Shown here piece by piece: positions 1 through 9,138 of a DNA stretch of 58,098 nt. The stretch lies in assembly GCA_050633065.1 (NCBI GenBank), contig JBOEFV010000036.1, positions 1 to 58,098 of the forward strand. The letters run 5' to 3'. The position numbers and the translations under genes are program-made. Every line of letters starts with the position of its first letter. Within the stretch, counting starts at the first letter, position 1. The notes under the pieces were generated by a model. It was not told where the DNA came from. It searched no databases and saw only the letters and a list, made by a program, of their open reading frames with translations. Source of the stretch: Bdellovibrionales bacterium. Lineage in GTDB: Bacteria > Bdellovibrionota > Bdellovibrionia > Bdellovibrionales > UBA1609.

Positions 1-948
1 AGACGACTTGGTGATCTTCCAGGAAACATGATGACTCCAACAATTCTTGCTGACAATGCAGCTTCTTTAAAAGCTTCAGGCCTTAAGGTTACTGTTTGGG
101 ATAAGAAAAAAATTGAAAAAGAAAATATGGGCTGCCTACTTGGTGTAAATGCAGGAAGTTCTGAAGAGCCTCGCTTCATCATTATGGAACACAAACATGC
201 AAAAGCTCCTAAAGGACAGCCCACTGTTCTTGTTGGAAAAGGCTTAACTTTTGATGCTGGCGGAATCTCCATTAAACCTTCTGGTGGAATGGATGAAATG
301 CGCTATGACATGTGTGGCGGCGCTGCAGTTATCGGCGCGATGAAATTAATTTCTGAAATGGACCTTCCTGTTCATGTGATTGGGCTTGTTCCTTCTACTG
401 AAAACCTTTTAGGTGCTTCAGCATGTAAACCTGGAGACATCTTAACTGCAATGAATGGAAAGACTGTTGAAGTTTTAAATACAGACGCTGAGGGAAGATT
501 AATTCTTGCAGATGCTCTTTGCTACGCAAGCACACTAAAGCCAAAGCAAGTTTTAAATACTGCCACTTTAACTGGAGCAATGGTTGTAGCCCTTGGAAAT
601 ATCCACACAGGATTTTACACAAGAGATGATGAGCTAGCTGAAAGCATCAACTCTTCAGCAAAAACATCAGGGGAAAGTTTATGGAGAATGCCTCTTAATG
701 ACCACCACACTAGTGATATGAAAGGGCGTTTTGCAGATCTTTCTAATATGTCATCAAGCAGAGGAGCTGGCTCAGCAACTGCGGCAGCATTTTTAGAACA
801 CTTTTGTGATAAAGGAATTCCTTTTGCTCACTTAGACTGTGCCGGAACAGCATGGAATAGTGGCGCAAGAAAATCATACAATGATCCAAAAGGAGCGACT
901 GGCGTTTTAGTTAGAACATTTTATGAGTTTGTTAAAGCTCACGCTTAA
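1..948 (+). CDS. pepA: Leucyl aminopeptidase (peptidase M17), C-terminal catalytic part; 5' end lies outside the window
   Basis: Frame 1 is open from nt 1 (RRLGDLPGNMMTP...). M17 blocks VGKGLTFDAGGISIKP and NTDAEGRLILADAL are present in the translation. Confidence 0.9.
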   Translation, partial: RRLGDLPGNMMTPTILADNAASLKASGLKVTVWDKKKIEKENMGCLLGVNAGSSEEPRFIIMEHKHAKAPKGQPTVLVGKGLTFDAGGISIKPSGGMDEMRYDMCGGAAVIGAMKLISEMDLPVHVIGLVPSTENLLGASACKPGDILTAMNGKTVEVLNTDAEGRLILADALCYASTLKPKQVLNTATLTGAMVVALGNIHTGFYTRDDELAESINSSAKTSGESLWRMPLNDHHTSDMKGRFADLSNMSSSRGAGSATAAAFLEHFCDKGIPFAHLDCAGTAWNSGARKSYNDPKGATGVLVRTFYEFVKAHA

Positions 949-1505
949 TTAGAAGCGCAAGAAAACGATAATTTTATTTCACCAAGAGATGGGCCAACCA
1001 TCTCTTGAGAGCCATCTCGGTAAGTCACTTCTAAAGCCGATAAAAAGAAACCCTCTACTTTATCAACAGGCACAAACAAGTTAGTAGCACGAACGGAAAA
1101 ACCATTCTCCGTTTCAAAACCTGTTCTTAATGACTCTGGTTCAGTATCACAAATAGACCTATCAAATATGACAACGTCTCCTCTGCCGCAATCACCCTTA
1201 ACAGATATAAATACAGCTTCACCACTTTCTTTATGGTTTTCAGCTTCAACTGTTGCCTTATAACTTAGAACGTTATCAATAACATCGCAGAAGGGCTCAC
1301 TCTCAACAGCTGTAATCAATGAAACTAGGCCTTTTTGGTCTTTAAAACCTGCGTGAGAAAAAGCTTCTTGTAGCTGTGTTTGCGGACTTGCTGGCCCACG
1401 ACTGTCTACCCCAGTAAAAAAACCTGGAATACTTGATTGAGATCCAAAATAGAACCCCGCTCCTGATAAAATTAAAAATATAAATAAATAAGTAAAACGT
1501 TTCAC
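945..1505 (-). CDS. Hypothetical secreted or membrane-anchored protein
   Basis: 186-aa ORF with an N-terminal hydrophobic segment (YLFIFLILSGAGFYF). No recognisable domain. Its stop overlaps the pepA stop in a TTAA tetranucleotide. Confidence 0.5.
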   Translation of the reverse strand: MKRFTYLFIFLILSGAGFYFGSQSSIPGFFTGVDSRGPASPQTQLQEAFSHAGFKDQKGLVSLITAVESEPFCDVIDNVLSYKATVEAENHKESGEAVFISVKGDCGRGDVVIFDRSICDTEPESLRTGFETENGFSVRATNLFVPVDKVEGFFLSALEVTYRDGSQEMVGPSLGEIKLSFSCASN

Positions 1506-1614
1506 AAAGAAATTCTCTCATAAACCTTTATTTACAGGAAAATTTCACGTGTAAAACTAGTATTAAGCAGGGACTTTTAAAAAGACCTAGTCATAAGTCT
1601 TGCCTCAAGAGCCC

Positions 1615-2748
1615 TTATTTTACCTGAAACATTTTAGGTATGAAAACCAAACCCCACACAAGCATTCCCAGTATCCATGTCAGCGCTGAGTAGTTTAAAT
1701 GCTCCACATATGAATCCGGAACAACTGAAACACTCGCCCTGGTGACGCCAGCAAGAAGTATACAAAAACCAACCACCCCTAATGGAAAAACTTTAGACTC
1801 TAGTGATAAACCCAGGTCTCCATGTGCGAGAGTTACACGTGTCGCCACCATCATTGTGATCAGGCCAAAACCCCCAATATATACTAGATGCAGTGTATTT
1901 AAAGAGGGGTATAAACAATAAGCCAATGTTCCTATTAAGACGGACCAGCACGACAACCAGAGCAAGAATGTATGGACTGTTTTTTTAGGAGGGAGGAATG
2001 GGAGCCTCCAGTACCTAAGAGCTATATACAAAACAACAAGAGCTCTCATAACTCTTCCTAATTCAGGACTCAAAAAAAACTCCGCAAAAAAAGACATTAC
2101 GAACAGCGCCACTCCAAGATAATTCTCCAAAGGAACCGCTTTTAAAAAACTCTCCTGGTTTTCATATCTGTTTCTTTGCGCTAAAACAATCTCAACCCAA
2201 CCTAAAATTCCCGGCACTAAACGTCCTCCAACACCTAAAATCAGGCCTAGCACCATGCCTTGAAAAAAAAGAGCTTTCCCAAAAAGAACCAGGCCCCCTT
2301 CAATAATTAAGAAAGTCCCCATGACCCCCATTAGCAATGCAGCCCCAACAAATATAAATGTATCTGGAGGACTACTTTTTCTTCTTAAAAATCTTCTTCC
2401 ACTGTAAAAAATCATAAAAAGTAAACTTCCCAAAACAGAGTCGTAAAAAATTTCACTGTTTGAAACTGTCCCACTCCAAATCAAGACACCTACGATAGAT
2501 GTTGAAAGAGACAGTTCAAAACCTGTTACATAATTCGTTTCTGTGAATCTTGGCACTGCAGTCATTAAAAACCCCATAATAAAGCAGACTAAAAAGCCAC
2601 CTATCATTAACTGTCCATGAGACTCCACAGGGTAGTAGTTAATTGCATTGTATTTAAATGCCACCCAGAAGAAGGCGCCTGCAATACTAAAAAGCCAGCC
2701 TACTAGAAAAAATAATCTAAACGGATCTTTTTTTAAAGCCTCAAGCAT
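1615..2748 (-). CDS. NnrS family polytopic membrane protein
   Basis: 377 aa with about 11-12 hydrophobic helices. DPFRLFFLVGW at the N-terminus and GFLMTAVPRFT match my recollection of NnrS-family signature blocks. Confidence 0.6.
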   Translation of the reverse strand: MLEALKKDPFRLFFLVGWLFSIAGAFFWVAFKYNAINYYPVESHGQLMIGGFLVCFIMGFLMTAVPRFTETNYVTGFELSLSTSIVGVLIWSGTVSNSEIFYDSVLGSLLFMIFYSGRRFLRRKSSPPDTFIFVGAALLMGVMGTFLIIEGGLVLFGKALFFQGMVLGLILGVGGRLVPGILGWVEIVLAQRNRYENQESFLKAVPLENYLGVALFVMSFFAEFFLSPELGRVMRALVVLYIALRYWRLPFLPPKKTVHTFLLWLSCWSVLIGTLAYCLYPSLNTLHLVYIGGFGLITMMVATRVTLAHGDLGLSLESKVFPLGVVGFCILLAGVTRASVSVVPDSYVEHLNYSALTWILGMLVWGLVFIPKMFQVK

Positions 2749-2813
2749 TTTACCTTCTTTCTTTTATAGAATGATATAAGTAAAACACTATAATTCCATG
2801 ACTTAAATCACGT

Positions 2814-4034
2814 TTACTGAGCTCTTTCTATCTCTAAGCTCAACGCCAAAGCCCCGAGTCTAGCTACAGTTCCGTAAACATTTTCCAGAATCTTGTTTTC
2901 TTTTTGAAATTCATAGTCTGAAAAACACATGCGTTTAAAAACTGCCCCTGGAGCATTTAAACTATCAAGGTCACCCTTTCTTTCATTTGTCCTTAAAAAC
3001 CCGCCCGCAAGCCCACAACCAAGCAGATAGATCACAGCCTCTGCAGGAGACTCATTCACCTTCAACGTTGTTGGTATGCCCTCTTGGATAATAACAGAGT
3101 TAAAGCGCCCACCACCTTTAGTGGCCTTCATCTTCTTTCTCGCTTTATAGTTCCAGCCTAAAACATCCTCAGGAGACTTCACCTCAACAACACCTAAACC
3201 ATAAGTTCCAAAAGAATTCTTTACGAAAAAATATGGAGCTTCTTCTACACCATGATCTTTATACTGCTTACTAAGTTTTTCTTTAAACCCTGCTATCTCA
3301 CCCGAAAGCTTGGCTAATGACCCTTTGTCCTCAATATCAAATTCATCATAGCTATAAGTCTCCACTCTTAAGTGAAAAGGGTCCATCCCTATAGCTTTTG
3401 AGAAGTCCTCAACTAACTCATTATAAATCTCAAAAAAAGTGTTTTTCCTTCTTTTGTGCCAACCCATTTTAAGCAGTGGCAACTGCGGTGTTTTAACATC
3501 CTTAATCCATGAATCAAAATCTGAAGAAAAATCATTATTACTCAGTATAAAATCTACCTTTGTTCCGTCTTCTAAAAAAGTTTCTCCATCTTTAACCTCT
3601 ACCCTATTAAGTTTAACCGGGGCCCCTGATGCTGATTCAACACTCTCAAGTTTTGTCTGACCATCAGGTAAAACGGCAAATGGCTTAAACCCCTCTGACT
3701 CAAATAGAGTTATTAAAGCCCTTACATTATCCCAGTAATATGGATTGTTTGTATGACTCTCACAGAAAATAGCTATGTTTTTAAAATTTAAGCTTTTAAG
3801 CTCTGTGCACCTTTTTAAAAGCTCACCCATAGCATCTCGATCATCTTGGCAAATGTTGTTAAATCCTGCTGGAAACAAATTTGCATCTACAGGAGCCAGC
3901 TTATTGTTTGATTCTCTAATATCAAAGCTGCAATAAAAAGGATAAGCCTTTGATTCAATATGTTTAGAGAACCAATCCTGGATCTCTGTTTCTTTCTCTA
4001 AAAATTTATAATGTAGACGTTCTTTTAAGTTCAT
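2814..4034 (-). CDS. gshA: Glutamate-cysteine ligase of the GshA (Acidithiobacillus ferrooxidans-type) family
   Basis: 406 aa. The N-terminal block PFYCSFDIRESNNKLAPVDANLFPAGFNN resembles the conserved start of the GshA Pfam family. Overlaps the upstream gene by 29 nt. Called from memory, not searched. Confidence 0.55.
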   Translation of the reverse strand: MNLKERLHYKFLEKETEIQDWFSKHIESKAYPFYCSFDIRESNNKLAPVDANLFPAGFNNICQDDRDAMGELLKRCTELKSLNFKNIAIFCESHTNNPYYWDNVRALITLFESEGFKPFAVLPDGQTKLESVESASGAPVKLNRVEVKDGETFLEDGTKVDFILSNNDFSSDFDSWIKDVKTPQLPLLKMGWHKRRKNTFFEIYNELVEDFSKAIGMDPFHLRVETYSYDEFDIEDKGSLAKLSGEIAGFKEKLSKQYKDHGVEEAPYFFVKNSFGTYGLGVVEVKSPEDVLGWNYKARKKMKATKGGGRFNSVIIQEGIPTTLKVNESPAEAVIYLLGCGLAGGFLRTNERKGDLDSLNAPGAVFKRMCFSDYEFQKENKILENVYGTVARLGALALSLEIERAQ

Positions 4035-4782
4035 CAGACTCTCCTACCAATAAGCTTGCGCCTATTACTGAAAATGGAAGTGTTAAAAGTATTAGGCCTG
4101 GAATAAAGCTAAACAGAAACAAAACTCCTGCATGCCCATTAATAGCCACAAACTCCTTACGAATAAATAACACTCTCTCCCCAAAGCTCAAACCATAAAG
4201 CTCTAAACCATAGTCAAAGCTGTCATAGGATAAAACTATCAGCGCAAAATATATAGGCATGAAGTTTAAAACCGGAATAAAAGACCCCACAAAACAAAGA
4301 ATCCCTACAAAAATCAAAGCAACAGCCTTAATAAGACCCGTTCTAAACATGCGAGCATTAAAAGCCAAACTCTTCCAGATTGTTTCATGCTGAACAATCC
4401 CTTTTTCTTTTAAAACTTTTTCAGCAAGCAGAGAGCAAATTGGAATATAAACTACTTGAAGTAGGATATAAAATGTTAAGAATGTTAAGAACCCTGTTAA
4501 TATCTTAAGGACAAGCTTACTGATCCATAAGAGTACAAAACCTCCCCAAAAATCAAACCAACCTTCATTTAAAAGAACCCCTGAAGCATAAGAAAAATAA
4601 ACCTTAAACAAGGAACCAAAACCCAAAGAAAGACTAAAGAGTGCTATAACTACCGGTATCAGAGCTAAAGCTAACAAACCCTTGTTTTTAAAAGCATGCT
4701 TCACACCAGAACCTAAAATCAAAGCGCCCCTCATAAAGGTTCGAGGCTTTTCCACAAACATAATTTCTTTAAAATTCGACAC
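4006..4782 (-). CDS. CysZ/EI24-family membrane protein
   Basis: 258 aa, 4-6 helices. Block order parallels E. coli CysZ: LIPVVIAL..., IPICSLLAEKVL versus APFNGLLAEQLE, then IPVLNF...YDSFDY... and FSFIPGLILLTLPFSVIGASLLV. Overlaps both neighbours. Confidence 0.5.
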   Translation of the reverse strand: MSNFKEIMFVEKPRTFMRGALILGSGVKHAFKNKGLLALALIPVVIALFSLSLGFGSLFKVYFSYASGVLLNEGWFDFWGGFVLLWISKLVLKILTGFLTFLTFYILLQVVYIPICSLLAEKVLKEKGIVQHETIWKSLAFNARMFRTGLIKAVALIFVGILCFVGSFIPVLNFMPIYFALIVLSYDSFDYGLELYGLSFGERVLFIRKEFVAINGHAGVLFLFSFIPGLILLTLPFSVIGASLLVGESDELKRTSTL

Positions 4783-5728
4783 TTGCCCCTACCTTTTGCA
4801 AATCTTCATACGTTAAAACTTCAAAATCAAAGCTTCCCACCTGATAAAAATCAAGCCCTCTGTTTTCTTCTTTGATCTCATTAGACTTTTTTTGAACAAA
4901 GCCTTTTTGGTCTTGATCATCTCTATACTTATTAAAAATACATTTTCTAACTTTAAGCCCTTGCCCCTGAATACTTTTAAGCGAAATTTTTAATCCTCCA
5001 AGAGACAGCTCATTGTAGTTACAGATGCAAACAATATCAGTATCATCATGGAGGATTCTTTTTGACTCCTCTAAAACTGCCAGCAGCTGAGGGCGAAGCT
5101 TTTCCACTGCCATAAAAAAGTTTGCAAGCTCTCCAACAAATGTCTTCCCAGTTAAATTAGATAAAATACCTAAACCTTTTTTCCTGGCCTTAAAAAATAT
5201 TTTGCTAAAAAGCCCCTCATCCTCACTGAATATAAACAGCTTCGCCAAAGAAGATGAGAATAAAGCCTGGAGCTCCCCCGCCCCACTTAAAAAAGAACCT
5301 GCGTTTTGCAAAGGAGGCGTATCCACTATTAGATAGTCTACGTCCTCACCATTGTTTTTATAAACTTCATATAAAGATGTGAACTCTTGTGAGACAGCTA
5401 GACCTGTAACAAGTTTTTGAAAAATCTTGTTCTCATAAATCTTTTCTATTTCAGCCGTGTTGCCCTTATAGACTTCTGATACAAAATCCTTCATTAAATC
5501 AGCTCGCCCGCTCACTGAAATGCTTAAGTTCTCAATTTCTTTTTCACTATCTTCAATACCCATGGAAAAGTAATCTCTAAGTCTTTTTGAAGGATCTATT
5601 GTAACAAGTTTAATTTTCTTATCTGGAAAAGTATTTGCAAGCTTGATCGCATAAATCGAAGAAAGTGTTGTCTTGCCAACACCCCCCGTTCCTAAAAAAA
5701 TCGTAGTTTTGTTTGAACTTAGCTCCAT
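4769..5728 (-). CDS. ArsA/GET3-family P-loop ATPase (second half-protein)
   Basis: 319 aa. Deviant Walker A GTGGVGKTT. A degenerate DTAPTGH-type block appears as VDTPPLQNAGSF. 10-nt overlap with the preceding ArsA-like gene. Confidence 0.7.
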   Translation of the reverse strand: MELSSNKTTIFLGTGGVGKTTLSSIYAIKLANTFPDKKIKLVTIDPSKRLRDYFSMGIEDSEKEIENLSISVSGRADLMKDFVSEVYKGNTAEIEKIYENKIFQKLVTGLAVSQEFTSLYEVYKNNGEDVDYLIVDTPPLQNAGSFLSGAGELQALFSSSLAKLFIFSEDEGLFSKIFFKARKKGLGILSNLTGKTFVGELANFFMAVEKLRPQLLAVLEESKRILHDDTDIVCICNYNELSLGGLKISLKSIQGQGLKVRKCIFNKYRDDQDQKGFVQKKSNEIKEENRGLDFYQVGSFDFEVLTYEDLQKVGASVEF

Positions 5729-6453
5729 TTAAACTCTTCCCAGTGTGAAGAAAGGCTTTTTGCGCTCTCATTCCACTTTCCAGTATTTAAATATGGGAAA
5801 GCTTTTGAAAGGTTATGGATTTTTGTAACCGCTCTTCCTTTTAATAGCTCTTTAATTTTAAGCTCTGTTTCAGCGCTCTCAGTTTTTGAAAAACTTGAGC
5901 CATCGCCAACTATGCCAATATAAACCTCATTATGAGTTTGAAGACAGTTTAAAATAGCTGCGCATTGCTTTTTCATTGGACCCACGCCAACAATTCCACC
6001 CAAACTTTCAGGAACACCCAACAAAGAAACAAAATGCCCTGAAGAAGGGGCATCAAAGATAATGTCATCAAAGTCTGTAGAGAAATTAATCTCTCTATAG
6101 TCTGATGTTAACTTACCAAGAACTGAAATCTCTTTTAGCCCAGGAGCCACATGAATAAGTTTCTCCATTAAGGGGATTTTCATAAAAAAATCAGAAGCTT
6201 TTTGAGACCTTAGAACCTTTCCGACATATTCCCTCAAACAGTCTCTTCCCGTCCAACTTGCCACAAAGAAATTCTCATCTAGCTTTAAAGGAGAAAAACC
6301 CACTTCTGTCTCAAAATACTCTGAATATTGAGCGAACTGTGAAAATTCTACAAGCAGAGCCTTTTGCCCCATAGCCGCTCTACTATAAGCAAAGCTTGTT
6401 GCAAGGTGTGTTTTGCCCACACCGCCCTTACCTGAAAAGAAATATAGTCCCAT
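5719..6453 (-). CDS. ArsA/GET3-family P-loop ATPase (first half-protein)
   Basis: 244 aa. Walker A GKGGVGKTH. ArsA signature-like FDAPSSGHFVSLLG, compared with DTAPTGHTLRLL. Confidence 0.7.
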   Translation of the reverse strand: MGLYFFSGKGGVGKTHLATSFAYSRAAMGQKALLVEFSQFAQYSEYFETEVGFSPLKLDENFFVASWTGRDCLREYVGKVLRSQKASDFFMKIPLMEKLIHVAPGLKEISVLGKLTSDYREINFSTDFDDIIFDAPSSGHFVSLLGVPESLGGIVGVGPMKKQCAAILNCLQTHNEVYIGIVGDGSSFSKTESAETELKIKELLKGRAVTKIHNLSKAFPYLNTGKWNESAKSLSSHWEEFKWS

Positions 6454-6571
6454 ACAGCTCCAAATTATCTTAATTTTACAAAAAAGAGAAATATAAGACT
6501 TTTTTGTGCTCTAAATGGTTGCACCCAAATGAGTTTTTTTCTATATCCCTTATATACATAAAGGAAGAGAT

Positions 6572-7864
6572 ATGAAGTCACAAATTATTGAAAATATTGG
6601 ATTAAAGCGCGTTATCAAAGTTGAACTTGATAAAACTGAGGTGTCTACGGCACTAGAAAAAGAATTCCAGAAAATCCAAAGAACTGTTGAACTTAAGGGC
6701 TTTAGAAAAGGCAAAGCTCCAATGGATCAAGTTAAAGCTATGTACAGCAGTAAAGTTTCTCAAACTGTTTTAGAAACTCTTGTAAACGAGAACTACTTTA
6801 ACGCTTTAGATGAGCACAAACTTACTCCAATCGCTATGCCAAAAATTGATGTTGATCAAAAAGAGGAAGAAGCTGGAGAAGGCGGATTTTCATTCACTGC
6901 AGAATTTGAAGTGAAGCCTGAGATCGAGCTAAAAGATCTTACAAAACTTTCTGTTACAAAAGGAAAAGTTGAAGTAACTGACGCTCAAGTTGATGAAGTT
7001 TTACAAAAAGCTGCTGAGTCAAAAGCTGAAGTGACTCCACTTGCGATTGATAGACCTGCACAAATGAAAGATTGGGTTAAGATTGATTTTGAAGGAATCC
7101 TATCTGCAACAAACACTCCTGTTGAAAATGGTTCTGCAAAAGACTTTTTACTTGAGCTTGGCGGAAAAAGCTTAATTGAAGGGTTTGAAGAAGGAATTGT
7201 AGGAATGAGCACTGGAGATACAAAAACTCTTTCTCTTAAGTTCCCTGAAGGTTACTTCCAAAATGAATTAGCTGGAGCACCTGTAGATTTTAAAGTTACT
7301 CTTAACTCTGTAAACACTAAAGAGTTTCCTGAGATGACTGATGAGTTTGCAAAAGAGGTTTCTGGTCTTGAATCAATGGAGGCTTTTAAAAAGCAGGTGA
7401 CTGCAGATCTTACTCTAAAACAAGAACAGTCTTTAGAGCAAAAATTATCTGACGATCTTTTAACTGCTTTAGAGAAGATGCATGAAATTGCAGTTCCCGA
7501 TAGCATCATTGCTCAGCAAGCTGAAAGCTTTAAAAACACAACTACACAAAGACTTATGCAACAAGGCATGGATGAGAAGAGTGTAGAAGAGTACCACAAA
7601 AAATGGGAAAGCGATTATAGAAACAATGCACTTAAAAGTGTTAAGGTTTCTTTCTTAGTAGAGGCTCTTGCAACTAAAGAAGGGCTTTACCCTAAAGAAG
7701 ACGACATAGAAGCTTACTACGCTGATCTTTCTGAAAAAACTGGAATCGACACTGATAAGATTAAATCTTACTACGGCGCTCCTGAAAAAGTTCGTGAGCT
7801 TGAATTCAAGATCATGGAAGAGAACGTTGTTAAGTTCCTAAAAGGAAAAGCTACAATTAACTAA
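6572..7864 (+). CDS. tig: Trigger factor
   Basis: 430 aa. N-terminal ribosome-binding signature GFRKGKAPMDQV, a central FKBP-like segment (DFEGILS...), and an AAGGAAGAG RBS upstream. Confidence 0.9.
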   Translation: MKSQIIENIGLKRVIKVELDKTEVSTALEKEFQKIQRTVELKGFRKGKAPMDQVKAMYSSKVSQTVLETLVNENYFNALDEHKLTPIAMPKIDVDQKEEEAGEGGFSFTAEFEVKPEIELKDLTKLSVTKGKVEVTDAQVDEVLQKAAESKAEVTPLAIDRPAQMKDWVKIDFEGILSATNTPVENGSAKDFLLELGGKSLIEGFEEGIVGMSTGDTKTLSLKFPEGYFQNELAGAPVDFKVTLNSVNTKEFPEMTDEFAKEVSGLESMEAFKKQVTADLTLKQEQSLEQKLSDDLLTALEKMHEIAVPDSIIAQQAESFKNTTTQRLMQQGMDEKSVEEYHKKWESDYRNNALKSVKVSFLVEALATKEGLYPKEDDIEAYYADLSEKTGIDTDKIKSYYGAPEKVRELEFKIMEENVVKFLKGKATIN

Positions 7865-7891
7865 GTTTTAGCGACTAAGTTAAAAATCACA

Positions 7892-7921
7892 AAAGGCACC
7901 TTTATAGGGTGTCTTTTTTTA
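7892..7921 (+). terminator. Rho-independent terminator of tig
   Basis: Stem AAGGCACC (7893-7900) pairs with GGTGTCTT (7909-7916) including one G-U pair. A run of T residues follows (7914-7920). Confidence 0.6.
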
Positions 7922-8125
7922 TACCCTTGAGAGGTAACGGGACTTACTTAATAGAGCTAGCTTCGAAATTTCTCTCGAAAGGTCTGGCGTATATCTTAAC
8001 TACCATGAAGTGTCGAATTCATTTACACCTAATCTGAAAAAAGACAGTGCCGGCTAGTTAGAGCTTTGTCCTTACCACCTTTAAAAGGTGTTAAGGCGGC
8101 TCAAGTCTTGCAAACTAGCTTCTAT

Positions 8126-9037
8126 ATGAGAGTTAATCGATTCACTTTTATAACCTTATCGCTCTTGCTAATGAGCAATACCTTGCATGCTTCCTGGTAT
8201 TACAGATGTGTTAATTTAAGCCCTGGAGATAGCCTTGATGTCTTTGACTCCAGAGAAAGATCACCAACAAAAGTTCCTCGTAATTATAGGGTACAAAGAG
8301 ACTCCACAAGGCACAGTCTATATAATATTTTTCTGAATATACAGTTTAATGCTAGATACCCAGTTAGCACCAATGAGATGGTAGAAAAAACAAATCGATG
8401 CTTCAGAGAGTCCGATGGTCTTTTAAAAAGTTCCGATGGTACAGAGTTAAGGCTTTTTTTAGATGCCAGTGCCCCATCCAATAGAGTCCGTGCTGTTAAT
8501 TATGAAGTAAGGCATAACTCAGAACAGTGGGGAGCAGATATTGATTGCCCTACGTTAATTCACGAGGCCATGCATTTACTTGGTTTAGTTGATGGGTATA
8601 AAGAGCAAGTAAGAGAGGGTTTAGAGTGTCGCCATATTGAACCTATGACATCTGTAATGAGTTCAACTACACTGCCGCTGAATCAACGCCTGGATATCTT
8701 CCAGTGTGATTATCCTAACGCTCAATCTATGCATGAAAAAATATTTAATGAGCATATATGTACTCGTCAACCCTCTAGAAGTTCTGTAATATGGGAGGGA
8801 AATAACTATTTATTAAACTCCTATAATAGCTCTGAGAAAAATAGAGAAAGATACAGTCAGCTTTTAACAAAATCATCGTTTACTCTCTCCCCAGCCCAAA
8901 CGAGACTTATTACAAAACCTTTCTGTGATGAGGAAAATCAAAAATACTTAACATGCTCTGAAAATGCATATCGAGGCTACAGCCAGGGCTGCATCCAGAC
9001 TCCGGAATTTTGCCTTGATGGCTCTTATTTAGATTAG
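8126..9037 (+). CDS. Secreted Cys-rich protein with an HExxHxxGxxD zinc-metalloprotease-like motif
   Basis: An ATG at 8126 gives a signal peptide (MRVNRFTFITLSLLLMSNTLHA). The motif is LIHEAMHLLGLVDGY. There are multiple Cys residues. The longer TTG-start version (8066) adds no signal sequence. Confidence 0.55.
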   Translation: MRVNRFTFITLSLLLMSNTLHASWYYRCVNLSPGDSLDVFDSRERSPTKVPRNYRVQRDSTRHSLYNIFLNIQFNARYPVSTNEMVEKTNRCFRESDGLLKSSDGTELRLFLDASAPSNRVRAVNYEVRHNSEQWGADIDCPTLIHEAMHLLGLVDGYKEQVREGLECRHIEPMTSVMSSTTLPLNQRLDIFQCDYPNAQSMHEKIFNEHICTRQPSRSSVIWEGNNYLLNSYNSSEKNRERYSQLLTKSSFTLSPAQTRLITKPFCDEENQKYLTCSENAYRGYSQGCIQTPEFCLDGSYLD

Positions 9038-9138
9038 ACACTAAACTGCTAAGATCTTAAATCTTTACAAGACTAAAGACAAATTTAATAACAACAAATA
9101 ATCGACCTCATTTTCTTAAAGAGAATTGCCATTACATC

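Noticed and set aside
7921-8125. A 205-nt non-coding gap after the tig terminator, examined for a tRNA remnant or att site, small RNA or riboswitch. It contains GTGTCGAATTCATTTACAC, an AGCTAGCT palindrome, CTAGCTTC twice and a CACCTTTAAAAGGTG hairpin.
   Set aside because: There is no cloverleaf or T-arm geometry, no recognisable riboswitch core, and no integrase or direct repeat partner nearby. Most simply it is the promoter and 5' UTR of the 8126 gene. A covariance-model scan would settle this.
8066-8125. A TTG-initiated 20-codon N-terminal extension of the HExxH protein, as given in the ORF track.
   Set aside because: The extension precedes the signal peptide and would bury it. The ATG at 8126 gives a canonical signal sequence.
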